Origin: Utricularia gibba
Taxonomy: Eukaryota; Plantae; Magnoliophyta
Direction of reading: 5' to 3'
Length of the DNA: 64,000 bases
Assembly: GCA_002189035.1 (NCBI GenBank)
Contig: CM007989.1
Location: 4,216,001-4,280,000, forward strand
The position numbers were made by a program, and so were the translations under genes. This document shows, one piece after another, positions 25,334 to 39,553 of this stretch. The notes beneath the pieces are model-generated. The model ran no database searches, was not told where the DNA came from, and was given only the letters and a program-made list of their open reading frames with translations. Every line of letters begins with the position of its first letter. The stretch's first letter is position 1.

Positions 25334-26948
25334 TTAAGGATCTTGACAAGTATCCCTAAATAGCAGTGGCTCTTGGATTCTTGTGTTCTTGGAAGGATAG
25401 AGCACGAAGTGCTGGATCATGAAGACAATGTCGAAGGACAAGCTTACCTGCAATAACAATTACTTATTCTGACGGAATGGAAGTGGATGCTTACCAAAGA
25501 GATCCCAGTTTTTCCTTCATTTGATGATGTAAACGAATAGTTGTGCCAAGAAATGAACACTTAATACTAACCAAAGAGATCCCAGTTTTCCCAATGTTGC
25601 CATACATGTTCACTGCTGACCCTGTAATTAACCAGTACTTGAATGAATGATCAAAGGACATATATTTCTGCTAAAATGGAAATGAATGGTTGTTGTAAGA
25701 AAAGTTACTTTGATCTATGGATTCAACAGCTATTTGGCCAAAGCTTGTAATGCTTCCAAGAAAATCAAACAGAACATATCCAATGCTGAATCCAACAGTG
25801 CTCTTTTGGCGAAAGTTGAAGATGGCCTATACTTCACACATGTTAAACCTCAAAACCAAAAACCGAATCCAGTACACCCACAAAAAGTGAAGCAACTTCG
25901 TCTCGAAGAATCTGAGATTGAACTTTCATACCCACAAAATTCTCTGTTTAAACAATGAATGCAGGCAACCATGGGGTTTTCTACTATTTCATGCAACAAT
26001 GATAATGTTTGCAAACCTGAGGAATGTACTTGATGATCATCATAACAATCTGTATAGTGCTGAAACACTAAACAAGTCTTAGAGATCTCTCAGAAAAATT
26101 CTTATGCAAGAACCCAATAAAATGAAAACCTACTTGAAGCAAGAAACCAGCCAATACCAAGAATGGTTTGGTAGGGATGCAAAGACACAAGCTGCTGCCG
26201 ATAGCCATGCCACTGACACAACGGCAATAGCAATTTTCGAGACCTTCTGGTTGCCACGCTGCAAGCATGAATATTGGTTCATCGCAGTTGATAAGGAAGA
26301 GTGTGTAATCCCCATATCAGAAGGAAAAAAACAATGTGAAAGATGAAAAGGCTGCATCAAGGAAGCTAAAAAAAAGCCATTTACTCATGACACTGTCCGA
26401 TTGCAACAAAGTGATAATTAAGGGCCACAAGTAGTATGTTGGGAGAGCAAATAACTGCTTACATCATATATGGAAACTTGAAACAAAGTCAAAGATATAA
26501 TAGTAACAGCGTGAACTGAAAAGGCTACATCATTGGCTGCCACAGGAATCATCTGCATTAAAAAAGGAAGGTGGGATTACAAAAAAAGGACTACTTCTCA
26601 AAAGAATGATAACCAAATGCACCTGATCGAAGCCAAACTTTTCCCTATACTGTCTCTGAACGACAGGACTGAAGAAAAGGGATGCATTGTAAATCAAATA
26701 GGACGCATGTTTGGTCCAATTCAGCACCACGAAATCAAAATTCAGTCCCTGCACACTGCCGAATATACAAAATTAAGCTCAACATGAGTGTCAGAAACAG
26801 AGCTCCAGAGTTCCCGCATAGATCAAAACCTTTTCCTTTTGAAGTTCAAGATGAACTGAGGGTAAAAACAAGCTGCCCATGAGAGAAACGATATCCAGCC
26901 CAGAATGTAAAAGAGAACCTCTAGATCGAAAGAGTTCCACGTCGCCAT
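25334..26948 (-). CDS. Cystinosin homolog (PQ-loop lysosomal/vacuolar cystine transporter), 8 exons
   Basis: MATWNSFDLEVLFYILGWISFLSWAACFYPQFILNFKRKS|VQGLNFDFVVLNWTKH; MIPVAANDVAFSVHA; KYIPQ|AIFNFRQKSTVGFSIG; FDIVFMIQHFVLYP. Confidence 0.93.
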
Positions 26949-27287
26949 TTCCAGTCTTCACTTTGCAGCTCGATGTTAGGATAAGAATGAAGCAGCCAGC
27001 ACAGTTTATCGGCAGTATGCGAAGAAAAGAAACCGCTATGTGTTCCATGTCACGCCGTTTTGTCTAGGGAATATCATCCGGACACGACACCATATATGTA
27101 AAGATTTTTCTTGTTGTGTGTAGATGTGTTTAGTGAGAACTACTTGTGTCCTGATGGGATCCGTACAGGCCCACGGGTTAAGTGCCCAACAAGTATTGCC
27201 TTCAACCTCGACTCCGAGGATGGATGACGCCGGCCCATTGTGTTCAGGAAACAGAACCTAAACGCAGGTGACATTTAGCCGGCGGCG
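26949..27287. promoter_or_regulatory. Short divergent (putatively bidirectional) promoter between cystinosin and RUG3-like genes
   Basis: Head-to-head ATGs about 340 bp apart; site-II-like GGCCCA motifs at ~27168 and ~27232. Confidence 0.55.
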
Positions 27288-28747
27288 ATGGTGGCTTTCA
27301 GCCGTCGTATCATCAGGACTGCCGCTAAATGGAGCGGAGGGAGACCATTGTCATCGATGGCGAGCAAGTCTGTTCCCCTTCTATGGAATCATTCCCCTGA
27401 CGGTTCTGCTGAAAACCCGGTTCACCTGCAGCTATATTCATGGGGCCATGGGGCCTCTGGGCAGCTTGGCGGAGGTAGTGAAGAAATTAGAATTTATCCG
27501 GCACCGGCGGCCACCCTCATCGTTCCTCCAGATTTTTCACTGCTGAAATCCACTCCTGGCAAACTCCCACCGGGAGATTGTTCGATTGGGGAAAACTTTG
27601 AGCTGGGAATTTCCTGCGGACTCTTCCATTCAGGTCTGATTGTGAATGGGAAGCTATGGATGTGGGGCAAAGGCGATGGCGGTCGACTAGGGTTGGGCCA
27701 TGAACACCCTGTTTTTGTTCCGACTTTAAATTCGAATTTTGAAACCGATTTGAGAAGCATTGCTCTTGGCGGTCTGCACTCCATTGCCCTCGATGTCCAA
27801 GGCCGAGTCTTCTCCTGGGGCTATGGTGGATTTGGAGCTCTGGGGCATTCTGTTTATCATCGCGAGCTGCTACCCAGAATTGTCCAAGGATCTTGGGATG
27901 GAGAAATATGCCATATTGCAACTAGTGGTACTCATTCTGCAGCGGTCACCAAAGCCGGTTAGGTGTTTTTTTTTTCCCCTGCAAACTTTGTAGTTGCGTA
28001 TCTCCGGTTGACCGGGGAACACAATCTGAACCCTCTTTGTGGCGTGTTATTCACCGTTTTCCTTGTGATGCAGGTGAACTTTACGTCTGGGGCCGAGATG
28101 AAGGGGATGGCAGATTAGGCCTTGGCCCCAATCGCGGTCCCGACCATGCTGGTGGAATGAGCACACCTTCTGAAGTGAAAGCAATGCCCGAGCCAGTGGC
28201 TGCCGTTTCATGTGGTGGCTTCTTCACAATGGCATTAACTAAAGACGGGCAGCTATGGAACTGGGGTGCCAACTCAAACTATGAGCTTGGAAGAGGAGAC
28301 ACAATTGGTGGATGGAAGCCACAGCCTGTTCCCAGTCTCAAGGACGTTCGCATAATCCAGATAGCTTGTGGCGGGTACCATTCTCTGGCCTTGACAGAGG
28401 AAGGGAAAGTTCTTTCATGGGGTTACGGAGGCAGCGGCCAGTTGGGTCGCCCCGTTGTCGGCAAAGGAAGAGTTCCTGAACCAGTTGAAGCTTTAGCTGA
28501 TGAAAGAGTCATCTCCATAGCGTGTGGAGGGTCATCATCAGCCGCCATAACAGAGAATGGGAAGCTATACATGTGGGGAAATGCCGCAGATTCTCAGCTC
28601 GGAATTCCTGGACTTGGTGATGTGCAACCTTCACCCGTTGAGGTCAAGTTCCTGTCCGAAGACGATGGCCTTGGCGATCTCAAAGTGCGTATGGTTGCTG
28701 TAGGCGCTTCCCATGCTCTCTGCCTCGTTTCAAGATCATCTATCTAA
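27288..28747 (+). CDS. RUG3: RCC1/UVR8/GEF-like 3 (mitochondrial group II intron splicing factor) ortholog-like. Exons 27288-27957, 28074-28747
   Basis: Arg/Ser-rich transit-peptide-like N-terminus; LQLYSWGHGASGQLGGGSEEIRIYPAP, GYGGFGALGHSVYHRELLPR, GRDEGDGRLGLGPNRGP, C-terminal GASHALCLVSR; seven RCC1 repeats. Confidence 0.88.
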
Positions 28748-29497
28748 CTAACCAATCAGCTCTCTGCCATCAACACTAAAATTGGGAAGCTGCTGTCGTC
28801 GGACAAGAAGATGAGTGTGAACCCACCGGAGCAGTTCACCGTCTTATGCGGCCAAGTGGAGCAATTTAACTTGAACAGGAAGATGAGATTTGGACTATAG
28901 GAAAGTCTGTTTTATTTAATTATAATAAAATATGAATTCATTTATTAGATAAATTTAATTAATTTTATAATGATCAAACATAATATTATTATTTCTGTTT
29001 TAAAAATCTTTTTTTACTTATTTATTATAATAATTTAATTTATAAAAAATCAGTTAAATTCATATTTTTTTCAAACAATTGATTATACTTGTATTAATAT
29101 CGAATAAATTAATGCATTTTACAAATAAACTTTGGATATTTAAAACAAATAAAAAAGCACAGTTACAACTATTATGATACCATTGGCTTTTACATCAAAT
29201 ATATATTTATTAATAATTATATTAATTTAGTAGGCATATTTTTAATATATAAATATAAGTTTTAAATTATTCTATGTAATTTTCGTTAATTAGTCTGATT
29301 TTATTTTTCTTGCTTCTTTTAAATAAATGCATCAAATTTTATTTATTTAATCTAATTTAATAAATTAGTATATGCTTTTGTCATGGGCGGTTTTGATTCA
29401 TTTATGTCTGGCCCCTGAGGACCCGCTCTGAATTCTCTCTACAAGCTTCATAGACGCTTTCGATCGTCTCTGTTTGGGCGAGATCCTGCGATCGTGA

Positions 29498-29964
29498 ATG
29501 ACGTCGGTAAGTCTTCCTTCATGTTATTTGTTGATCGAGATCGCGATTGCAGCATTCGTTCCTCCGTTCGTTGCGATTAGGCGCTTGATTTTGCCGATGC
29601 CCTGATTATTTTCGCGCAATTCTGCGTGTGTTGTTTGAGGATCTGGTGACTGTAAAATGTTTGTGAATTTTGCAGCAGGAGAGAGGACGGCCGCTGCCGA
29701 AATTCGGCGAGTGGGATGTGAATAATCCAGCTTCTGCAGATGGTTTCACGGTTATTTTCGCCAAAGCCAGAGACGAAAAGAAAACCAAAGGCACAGTCGC
29801 GGGTGGCCCGACCACCGACAACATGTCTTCGTCTCCACAACAACCCCAGGATTACCCGGGAAAGGTAGTCCGTCTATCCAATTCCTCCCTCATTAACCCC
29901 CCGAATTGAAACCTAATCAGACTACGTCACGTTGATGCAGAAGAAGTGGCTATGCTGTTTCTGA
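29498..29964 (+). CDS. Small NOI/RIN4-like protein (AvrRpt-cleavage domain). Exons 29498-29506, 29676(or 29679)-29864, 29941-29964
   Basis: MTS|QERGRPLPKFGEWDVNNPASADGFTVIFAKARDEKK...|KKWLCCF*; PxFGxW site and C-terminal Cys palmitoylation motif. Confidence 0.9.
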
Positions 29965-30824
29965 GACGGGTGGAATTTGTTTCTGGGAATCCATGGGTGT
30001 GGCAGCTGACACGCTGAGCTAAGCCTTTGTCTGTTCAAAACGTGTTGCGAATATCAGAGCATTAGCTCCTGAAGGAACGGGAAGCTGATTCAGGCAGGTT
30101 TCTGAGAGCACCCAGCCGCTTCACCATTCACGTTAAGGGCGTGGCTAGTGTGTTTGTTCCCTGATCTGATCTTGGTTATAAAATTAGAAAAAATGGACAG
30201 ATTTGGAAGATGATTGAAGTCAAATTGAATCTGGTGTATAATGGTGCAATCCTTACACAATGCCGAATTTTAAGGTTTTATAAAATACACAAAATAGAAT
30301 TTATAAAATCTAAATAGAATCACTTCAAAAAATATGAAATAGAACTCCATGTCGACCTCTAAATTTAACGGAATTTATTTTAATCATTAACCAGACAACG
30401 AATCATGTGTAGTATAGTTTGGATGGGAAAAAATGATAATATAAAATAAACAAAAGGGTTATAAATTAAAATAACCAATGCATTATAATATTTCAATTTT
30501 ATGTTATTTTAAAAGGAATTAATTATGAATAATCGAAATTAAGGACGTAATTTAATTCAAGGTTCAAACTCCTTTTGAAACAATTTTGCAACGTTGACGA
30601 CAAGAAATGCCGTAATTGACAGTGTATAACGAAGCTACGTCGTTTTAAGTTGAAATTCCAACCGTCTTTCATTTTCATTCCATCCCAGGAGTCCAATCCA
30701 GTCGTCGTTTTCGCTTGTGCTTACACGCGGGTTGTTACTTCTTCTTGTTGTTCTGCTTTTTGGTTTCAGCTTCGTCGCCTGCACCGGCAATCGACGATTG
30801 TCCTTCTGTTCGCTTGCTTGGGAG

Positions 30825-32478
<1,654 letters not shown>

Positions 32479-33108
32479 CTCCATTCTTCATCGCGGGTGG
32501 TTTCATCGTGGACAGTTGAAAGCAGTTGCATGAACGTACGTACATACTGATTGACAAAAGACACACACGCACACGAATCTCAGAGTAGCAGCCGGCGTGC
32601 TACCAGTGCCATACGTACGTACGTAACTATGCAGTTTGTTAAATTTTCATGTGCCTTTCTTGCTCTTAATTTTTAACAAGAACGAGATCCTTGTAGAAAG
32701 CTCGTTTTGTGGTCGCATCAGAAAAGCGAACTCGAAAGCATTGCAGCAACTTGGTGGGCGATCCGATTCAGTGTTCACACTTTTTAAACTGTTGGTCTTC
32801 TATTTCCACTGTCACCCAGGGACCCTCCACCGAGGCCGTCAGTACCACGATCGGAATCTCTTCAGCTGCAATCGGCAGCCAGTGAGCACGCCGGAACCCG
32901 TCGTGTAGATACGGAAGGGATCAGTACGAACATGTGTTGGGCGGGGACTGAGAGTGAGAGTTGGTGTGTTTGGCACCGGGAAGTATTGAATTACACTGTC
33001 GGGGCAGTTTCTGGCTACACAGCGCAGCAGAGATGATACAGATTGATTATGAAATCACTGGAATGGAAAAAAGTAGGGATCCGATTTGAGACAAATTTTG
33101 GTTGAGGA

Positions 33109-33477
33109 TTAGACATTCTTCACGGGGCGATTACTCGCAGAAATCGTCGTCACCGCCTTGGTGTGGGAGATTGATTTAATCGGAGTTGGATTTACCTGGA
33201 CGAAGAGATAATTCCCGGCGAACAGGTCGCCTAAGTGCGATCGGCTCTCCTTCAGCCGCCTGCATACTTTAATCCACGCCGCCGTCGCCTTCCGCCGCAG
33301 AAAGCGGTTCAGTCTGATACGCAGTTTGCGGCGGAGGTGGAACCTTCTGAATCGGGAAGGGCCGGTCCTCAAAGGGCCGATTACCTTCTCCCTGATGTTT
33401 TCATCGTCGCTGCTGCCGATCGAATCGAATTCGTTGCGGAGGCGCCGGTAGGAGACCTTGACGGCGGCGGAGGCCAT
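33109..33477 (-). CDS. Small basic uncharacterised plant protein (122 aa), intronless
   Basis: ATG-initiated ORF in good context; YRRLR, R/K-rich middle, RRLKESRSHLGDLFAGNYLFVQVNPTP motif recalled from conserved plant hypothetical proteins. Confidence 0.75.
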   Translation of the reverse strand: MASAAVKVSYRRLRNEFDSIGSSDDENIREKVIGPLRTGPSRFRRFHLRRKLRIRLNRFLRRKATAAWIKVCRRLKESRSHLGDLFAGNYLFVQVNPTPIKSISHTKAVTTISASNRPVKNV

Positions 33478-35032
33478 TGTGGATCGAGCGAGTAAACGGG
33501 GGCGGAGTGGCAGAGGTTCCCGGAGTTCAGCAAAGCGGTGCGAGACCCATCTCCGACTTCAGCGAAAAAAAGGCAGAGAAACGGTTGCCTCATTTAGAGC
33601 GCCATTTATTTCAGCGGGTACCTCCAAAAACTAACTCCAACAGTAATTAATAATCATTATTATTAGTAGTATTTACCCGCTACATTTTACAATTCTAAAA
33701 TATTCAATGAAAAATAGTAAAAGAGGCACCAACCCACAACTCAAGGCATACTATCCATAATAAGTATAATTTAAATTGCACCTAATAAATATATATTTAA
33801 AATATTATTCTGTAATAAATATATTTAGAATAAACAAAAAAGGAACTAATTCTATTAGTAATGTGGTCATTCCTCTTTGATTGTATGATAAAAGCGATCA
33901 ATGTTTGAGAGAAAATGCAAGGATGATCATATTTTTAAAAGGATCAAATTGTTGGCTTCCCTTTTTGATCTTGTTTACTCTCCTTTCCACCACCACCGGC
34001 GGAACATAGGCAGGGGCAAATTAGGCCCCTGTAGGTAATAAAAAGATTAATTAAATAATTAATACAAAAAGTTGGATAATTGCCCTATGTAATGAATTCT
34101 TCATGTTCTTTCGGCCTCAAACTTTTATAATTAAAACACGAAAGAAAGCATTGATGGTATAGACCCTAAAGATTCTACAATTACAAAGAGTTAAGGAAGG
34201 AACCATCAAAGATTAGATTCCTCATAATATGAATACCTATTTATTTAAAAAAAAAGAGAGGAAAATGGAAATTCGGACCACAGACATAATGTTTTTGTTT
34301 TGTTACTAATTACTATGAAAGGAATATGATAAGGTGACGACAAGATGGTCACAAAAGGGGTAAATGGAACGTGGGGTGAGTGAGGTCTCCATCAAAGAAG
34401 CGGCGGGTGCATTTACACGCCGCATGCCAACACACAAACACGGTCACGTGAAGAATTATCTTTCATCATACACTATAATTTACAAATAAATTCTAATTCT
34501 ATTTTCTTAAGAATGTATTTGATAAGTGAAAATAGTTATATTAAAATATTTCTCAAAATATTAAAGTCAGTCAATCAAAAATATCTAAAATCAAGGATGA
34601 AATAGGTGTTCTTTTTTTTACATTTAAATTAAGAATCTAATTATTTTCAAACTCTTTTGCATCGTTTCAATTACTCTAATTTATATTTTACATATTTGTT
34701 TTATTTTTTCATTAATTTTTTTCCCTTTTCCATAACAACATAAAACATACATAGTGATGAATAATTTGCTTCGTCAAAAGATAAACAAATGTATCTTGTT
34801 TATGAATACTTATATGATTCATGGCCCGAATCGAATCTAAGATCAGACTGAACAGATGATTTTAAGGCACTACTACTGGGGTTGCATGAGCGATCCATTT
34901 AGCCTACAAGCACTAAGGTAAGGGAAGAAATGTACAAGCGCATCTGCCTAGAGATTAATCACCACCAGCAACTGATACTACTTGCTGCCAGTAGAGTTTA
35001 CAGGGTGGGTGGATAGAAGGGTCGGGTCAGCT

Positions 35033-36747
35033 TCACTGGCGATATCCGTCGGGTAGTGGGACGACCCGATGGAAGGGCACAAGGCGCTGAGGCAATGATC
35101 CATCCTCCTCATCATCATCGAACTCCAGGATGTAACTGTCAAGCCCACAGAGTAAGTTTAACTGCAAGTCTTGAGAAAATGTGATCGAGGGAGAGAGTGG
35201 CTTTGCTTACTCATCAGTCTTCTTCTGCTGGCAGTGAGTGAATCACGAGGAGCGGTTAGATTCGCGTAATCATGGTGGGGTAAACAAGAACAGGTTACTG
35301 TACCTTCCGAGTTTGGACAATGGTTGCTTTGTATAGTGCTGTGGTTTCTGGATATACAGCCAAGACATGTTTCCCAGCAGGAAAATCGGGGGCACTGGAT
35401 GGATCGTTTCGTCGTGGGAAGGGGATGATGTGTGTCATGGGCAGCTTGTACTTCCTGAGAGAAGAGAAAATGTGTTTAGGGGCTGAGTCTAAAATTTCAG
35501 GCTATGCTGACAAACCAACCTCTGTCCACTGCTCTCTTCATCATCCCCTGGTTCCTCATCAAGGACTTCGAACCTGATCAAGGTTAAAGCTATCATGTTT
35601 GCAACGCCAAGGCTTTAGCTTCTGAGAGAATACTTACTCCCTTGTTTCCTTGTCAAAATGGATTACTTTAACTACAAACCATTCATCCTTTCCAGCATCT
35701 TCTTGGCTGACCCTGGCGGCAACCTAAATTACACACAAGGTCAGAATCAGAGTAGAATATAACAACATATGTAGACGCAGCAGAAGTCTCCAAAGTTAAA
35801 AGATGATTGGATATGAAAAAACTGTTCACATACTTGCTCGCCCTTTAAATTAGCAAGATACTCAAGGTGGCTACGCATTGAAGGTGAAAGTCTTGGGACT
35901 TCAGAATCCAGCTTCATTCTCTTTTTCTTTGGCTCCCCACCTTCTGCATTTCATCAAGATTCAATGTTAACTGACTGAGTAGAACGTGGCCCAAATGAAA
36001 ATCTTGTTGGCTCGATAATCTCATTCTCAGCATCTAACGATAAGTAACAGCTCATTTACAAACCTATCCTTCTTCGATTTTGCCCCTGGTTTCCCGAAGG
36101 CAACATTGCATCAATCAGACCTAATAGCTGATTTGAAATACTGCATAACCAGAAGAAACAGAAGCATTTATTTGAAACCGATTCACAATAGATAAAACAT
36201 AACAAATCCAGTCAAAACCATACGTTACTTCATTCTCAGACAGTTCTTTGGCTTGTGTATATAACATCTTCAGGCGTGAGAGCGAATTGTCACCAGGCTT
36301 TTCAACCACCTCCGGCGCTGCGATGCCAAAAAGTAAAAGAAAACCATCTACGGTCAAACTCGTAAAAAATAGAGAACTTTGCAAAAGGAACTAAACATCT
36401 GCAAACAGTGTCAAATCAAAGCAGTTACGTCACTCAAACATTGAACTCTCCTCCTCATTAAAAGCTTCCCTACCGGCTACGAAACCGATAATAAAATACT
36501 CAATCGAGTCCCAGTTTCACTCCCACCTAGGAAATATTTTTCAACTTCCAAAAAGACAAATGTACATTCGGCAGTAAGTCAAATCATACGCATCATCAAA
36601 ATCAGCCTCCAAAACCCGAGCAAACTCACTACTTTGGAGCTTCTTATGCATTCTATTGATCTCAAGGATTATCTCCTCCTGCTCCTTCCTCAGCCGCTCA
36701 AGCTCCTTCGAGTTGTCCAAAATTCCAGAAATATCCGGCGACGTCAT
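35033..36747 (-). CDS. SGF29: SAGA complex subunit SGF29 (tandem Tudor), 9 exons
   Basis: MTSPDISGILDNSKELERLRKEQEE; PEVVEKPGDNSLSRLK; EQ|VAARV..DEWFVVKVIHFD; VLAVYPETTALYKAT; YILEFDDDEEDGSLPQRLVPFHRVV; all junctions phase-consistent. Confidence 0.95.
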
Positions 36748-37591
36748 GGATATCGGACCAACGACTGAGGCGCCGAAAACAGATATCAGGGAGCGGGGAA
36801 CGGGATTTCCATCGGATCGCGAATCAGAAACGAGAACTTCTCCTGGATTTCATTCCGAATCATCTCTTTATGGAAACTCTAATCCAATCTAACGACTTCA
36901 AGTTTGGGGATTCGATTCCGTTCGAGGGGCCGAGGTCAATCATGGGAATTTCGTCGTTTTTTTTTGCACGTGGCGGCTCCTTTTCCCTCTCTTTTACTCC
37001 TGAAAATACGATTTTACCCTGGTCTACCCTAATTTATTTTAGACATTTGGTACAAAGATTTATTAAATTTGTAAAAAAAATCATGAGAATTTCTTCGTGC
37101 AAATAAAATAAATAAAAAATTAAATTTTATTTAATTAATAAAATTCATGTAAGAAAAAAATAAATAAATATGATTGAAAACATATATAGTAAAGAACATA
37201 TTTACTAAAGAGACATAATACTTAATAAAACTCGTGTTTTAACACCCGTATTTTATTCGAATTATTTATTAAAATGATTCAATTAAATTCAAATTGTTTT
37301 AAAATAAAAAAATCATTTTTTCATCACTATTTAAATATGTTATACTACAAAAGTCACCATTATTTTTTGAGTATATGAAAAAAATAGTTATCATTTATAT
37401 AAAATTTTGATTGACAGAAACATAAATGATATTCAAAATTTTGAACTTCAAATACAATTTAATCATAATTTGATATTTTTTCATAAACAAATATTTCAAT
37501 TTTTTTAAAAAAAAATGTATAATTCAATTTTAATACACTTTAATCCACAATTTTAATTTTATTTGAAGGTTCAAAAGGAAGAAGCATCCTG

Positions 37592-39130
37592 TCAAGGTGA
37601 AGAAGACATGGTTTCCAAATCCACAGCAGCGAGACGAGAAGGCATCACCTGGACTGGTTGGAAGGCGAAGCCAGATCTCCTGCAAGCCTCCTCCACGCGC
37701 TTTGCCTGCGAAGCTCCTTTGGGGCAGTACACGACCACAGCTCCTCCACTGCCTGTGAACTTGGACGCAGCGCCCTCGCGCCTCGCAACTTCAACCATCT
37801 CGATGTTGACTGCCCCAGCACTTCGTCCCGAACATTTCCCTGGTGGTGAGATCAGCCATGGCGAATTAGGGAATGCGGAGGGAGGAGATGGTTAGAGGGT
37901 AACAGAAGGTCACCTGCGCAGGTCGAAATTGCGGTTCATGAGGTTGGCTAGTGTTTCATGGTCCTTTGCCAGGAGGGCCTTTCGCCCGTCTGATGCAAGG
38001 TCTGCGACTTGTTTGATTCTGGTGATGATGAAGTCATCGCCCTTCAGCCACCTTTCGCGGACTGTGCTGTGCACCTGTTCTTGAACGGTAATCAAGAGGG
38101 ATTTGGAAGTGGGAGTATCAGATACTGCACCAGAAAGGTGTGTCGTGGTACCTTTCCAGAATCACTGGGATTCTGAGCATAGATGAGATATAATGGTGGG
38201 AGGAGGTCGATATCCAAAGGCTCATATTCGCCGTAACCGAGCTCCTCCATTCGTTCCTTGTTAAACTCCTGAGGTGGAACAGTGCGGGAATCAGAAGAGA
38301 AACAACACATAAACTATCAGATGGAACAGTGAGGGCATCATTACCATGTAGACGAGCCCTCCATAGACCTGCGCAACCCTGTCCTGGAGCCCGGCCACAA
38401 TTCCAAGTTCTTTTTCAGCATCAAGGATGAGGCTGGGACGAACTTCAACTTTGATCAAGTGCCTTACATTGTAGAAATCAAGGAGGCAGTTGAGCGCAGC
38501 ACACACAATTGCGCTCGAACCGGAAAGCCCCGTCTGATAAATGGGAAGATACATCCATAGAAGCTCTTTAAAATGGAGAAGGCAAAGGAGGAGGTTACCT
38601 GGCGAGGTATGTTGGTATCATAAGAGAGTTTAAACTTCCCGTTGTGCAAACTGATGCCATTATCTTTACAATGAGTGTGGAAAACCTTGCAAATCGCCAT
38701 CAGCAATCTCACCCCTCCATAATACCCGTCGCTCTGAAGGCGATTAACCTATGAATCATTGACAAAGCAGAGGCTTTGGACCAATGTACCCGAATCCCAA
38801 ATAGCAATATGATTCACAAACAGTATCAAATCAAAGATCACAAAGACTCTCCAAATGAATCAGAGCGAAATGCGGTAGCATTCTTCATTCGGAAAGGAAA
38901 AGGGTGGTAGAGAACGAGACCAGGTGCTCGAGAGACTCGAATTGCACGAGATCGTGGGTTGGATGTGGAACAATCACCAGATCCTTGCAAGACTCCAACT
39001 TTACAGAAGCCCAGAAATTGCCGAGGCTGAATGAGATTGTACGCCCATAGTAGACATCGCTCGGGTTCCCCAACAGTCCCACCCGCGCATACGCGATATG
39101 CTCAATCGGCACACCTCTCTCGACCGCCAT
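37592..39130 (-). CDS. GLCAK: Glucuronokinase (GHMP kinase), 6 exons; two apparent -1 deletions at the start of the last exon (37813-37829)
   Basis: [21 protein letters not shown]; YDTNIPRQ|[10 protein letters not shown]; [16 protein letters not shown]; AQNPSDSGK|[10 protein letters not shown]; [12 protein letters not shown]. Confidence 0.93.
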
Positions 39131-39369
39131 CCGCAGCTGCTGCTTGCAAGCAACAGATCACTCAAATAAAGCCACCAAATTACTAGGGGAGTTTTGTCAG
39201 TCAAATACCTTGAAGTTGAAACTGAAAACCAAATCAACGGATAGGGAAAAACAGGAAGCCACATATGAGATTATTGTATGACGAATAAGTGCAAGAATTC
39301 AGGCATGTATTCATATTTTAAAAAATAAAAAATAAAATTGACGAATTACTAAATGCAGAGCTGAGAAAA

Positions 39370-39553
39370 ATTAGGCTAGTAGTCGAGAAAACCGATTAAT
39401 TGAATCCCATCGAATCGAAAATGAAAAATTGGTTCGGTTAGTAAAATTTGGCATAAATCGGTTATTCACTGAATTAATCATTTTATAGATAATTAGGCAA
39501 ATACATTTATTCAATTATCGATTTGGCTCGATTAACCTAATAATCGCCCCTAG
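39370..39553. mobile_element. Probable degenerate hAT-type MITE (~180 bp)
   Basis: Left tagtcgagaaaaccgattaattgaat mirrors the reverse complement of the right end (taatcgagccaaatcgataattgaat); right terminus ...CGCCCCTA; internal aaccga/tcggtt motifs; TSD not resolved. Confidence 0.4.

Noticed and set aside
33985-34100. CAGGGGC...GCCCCTG short inverted repeat, MITE-like
   Set aside because: Only 7-8 bp with no definable ends or TSD.
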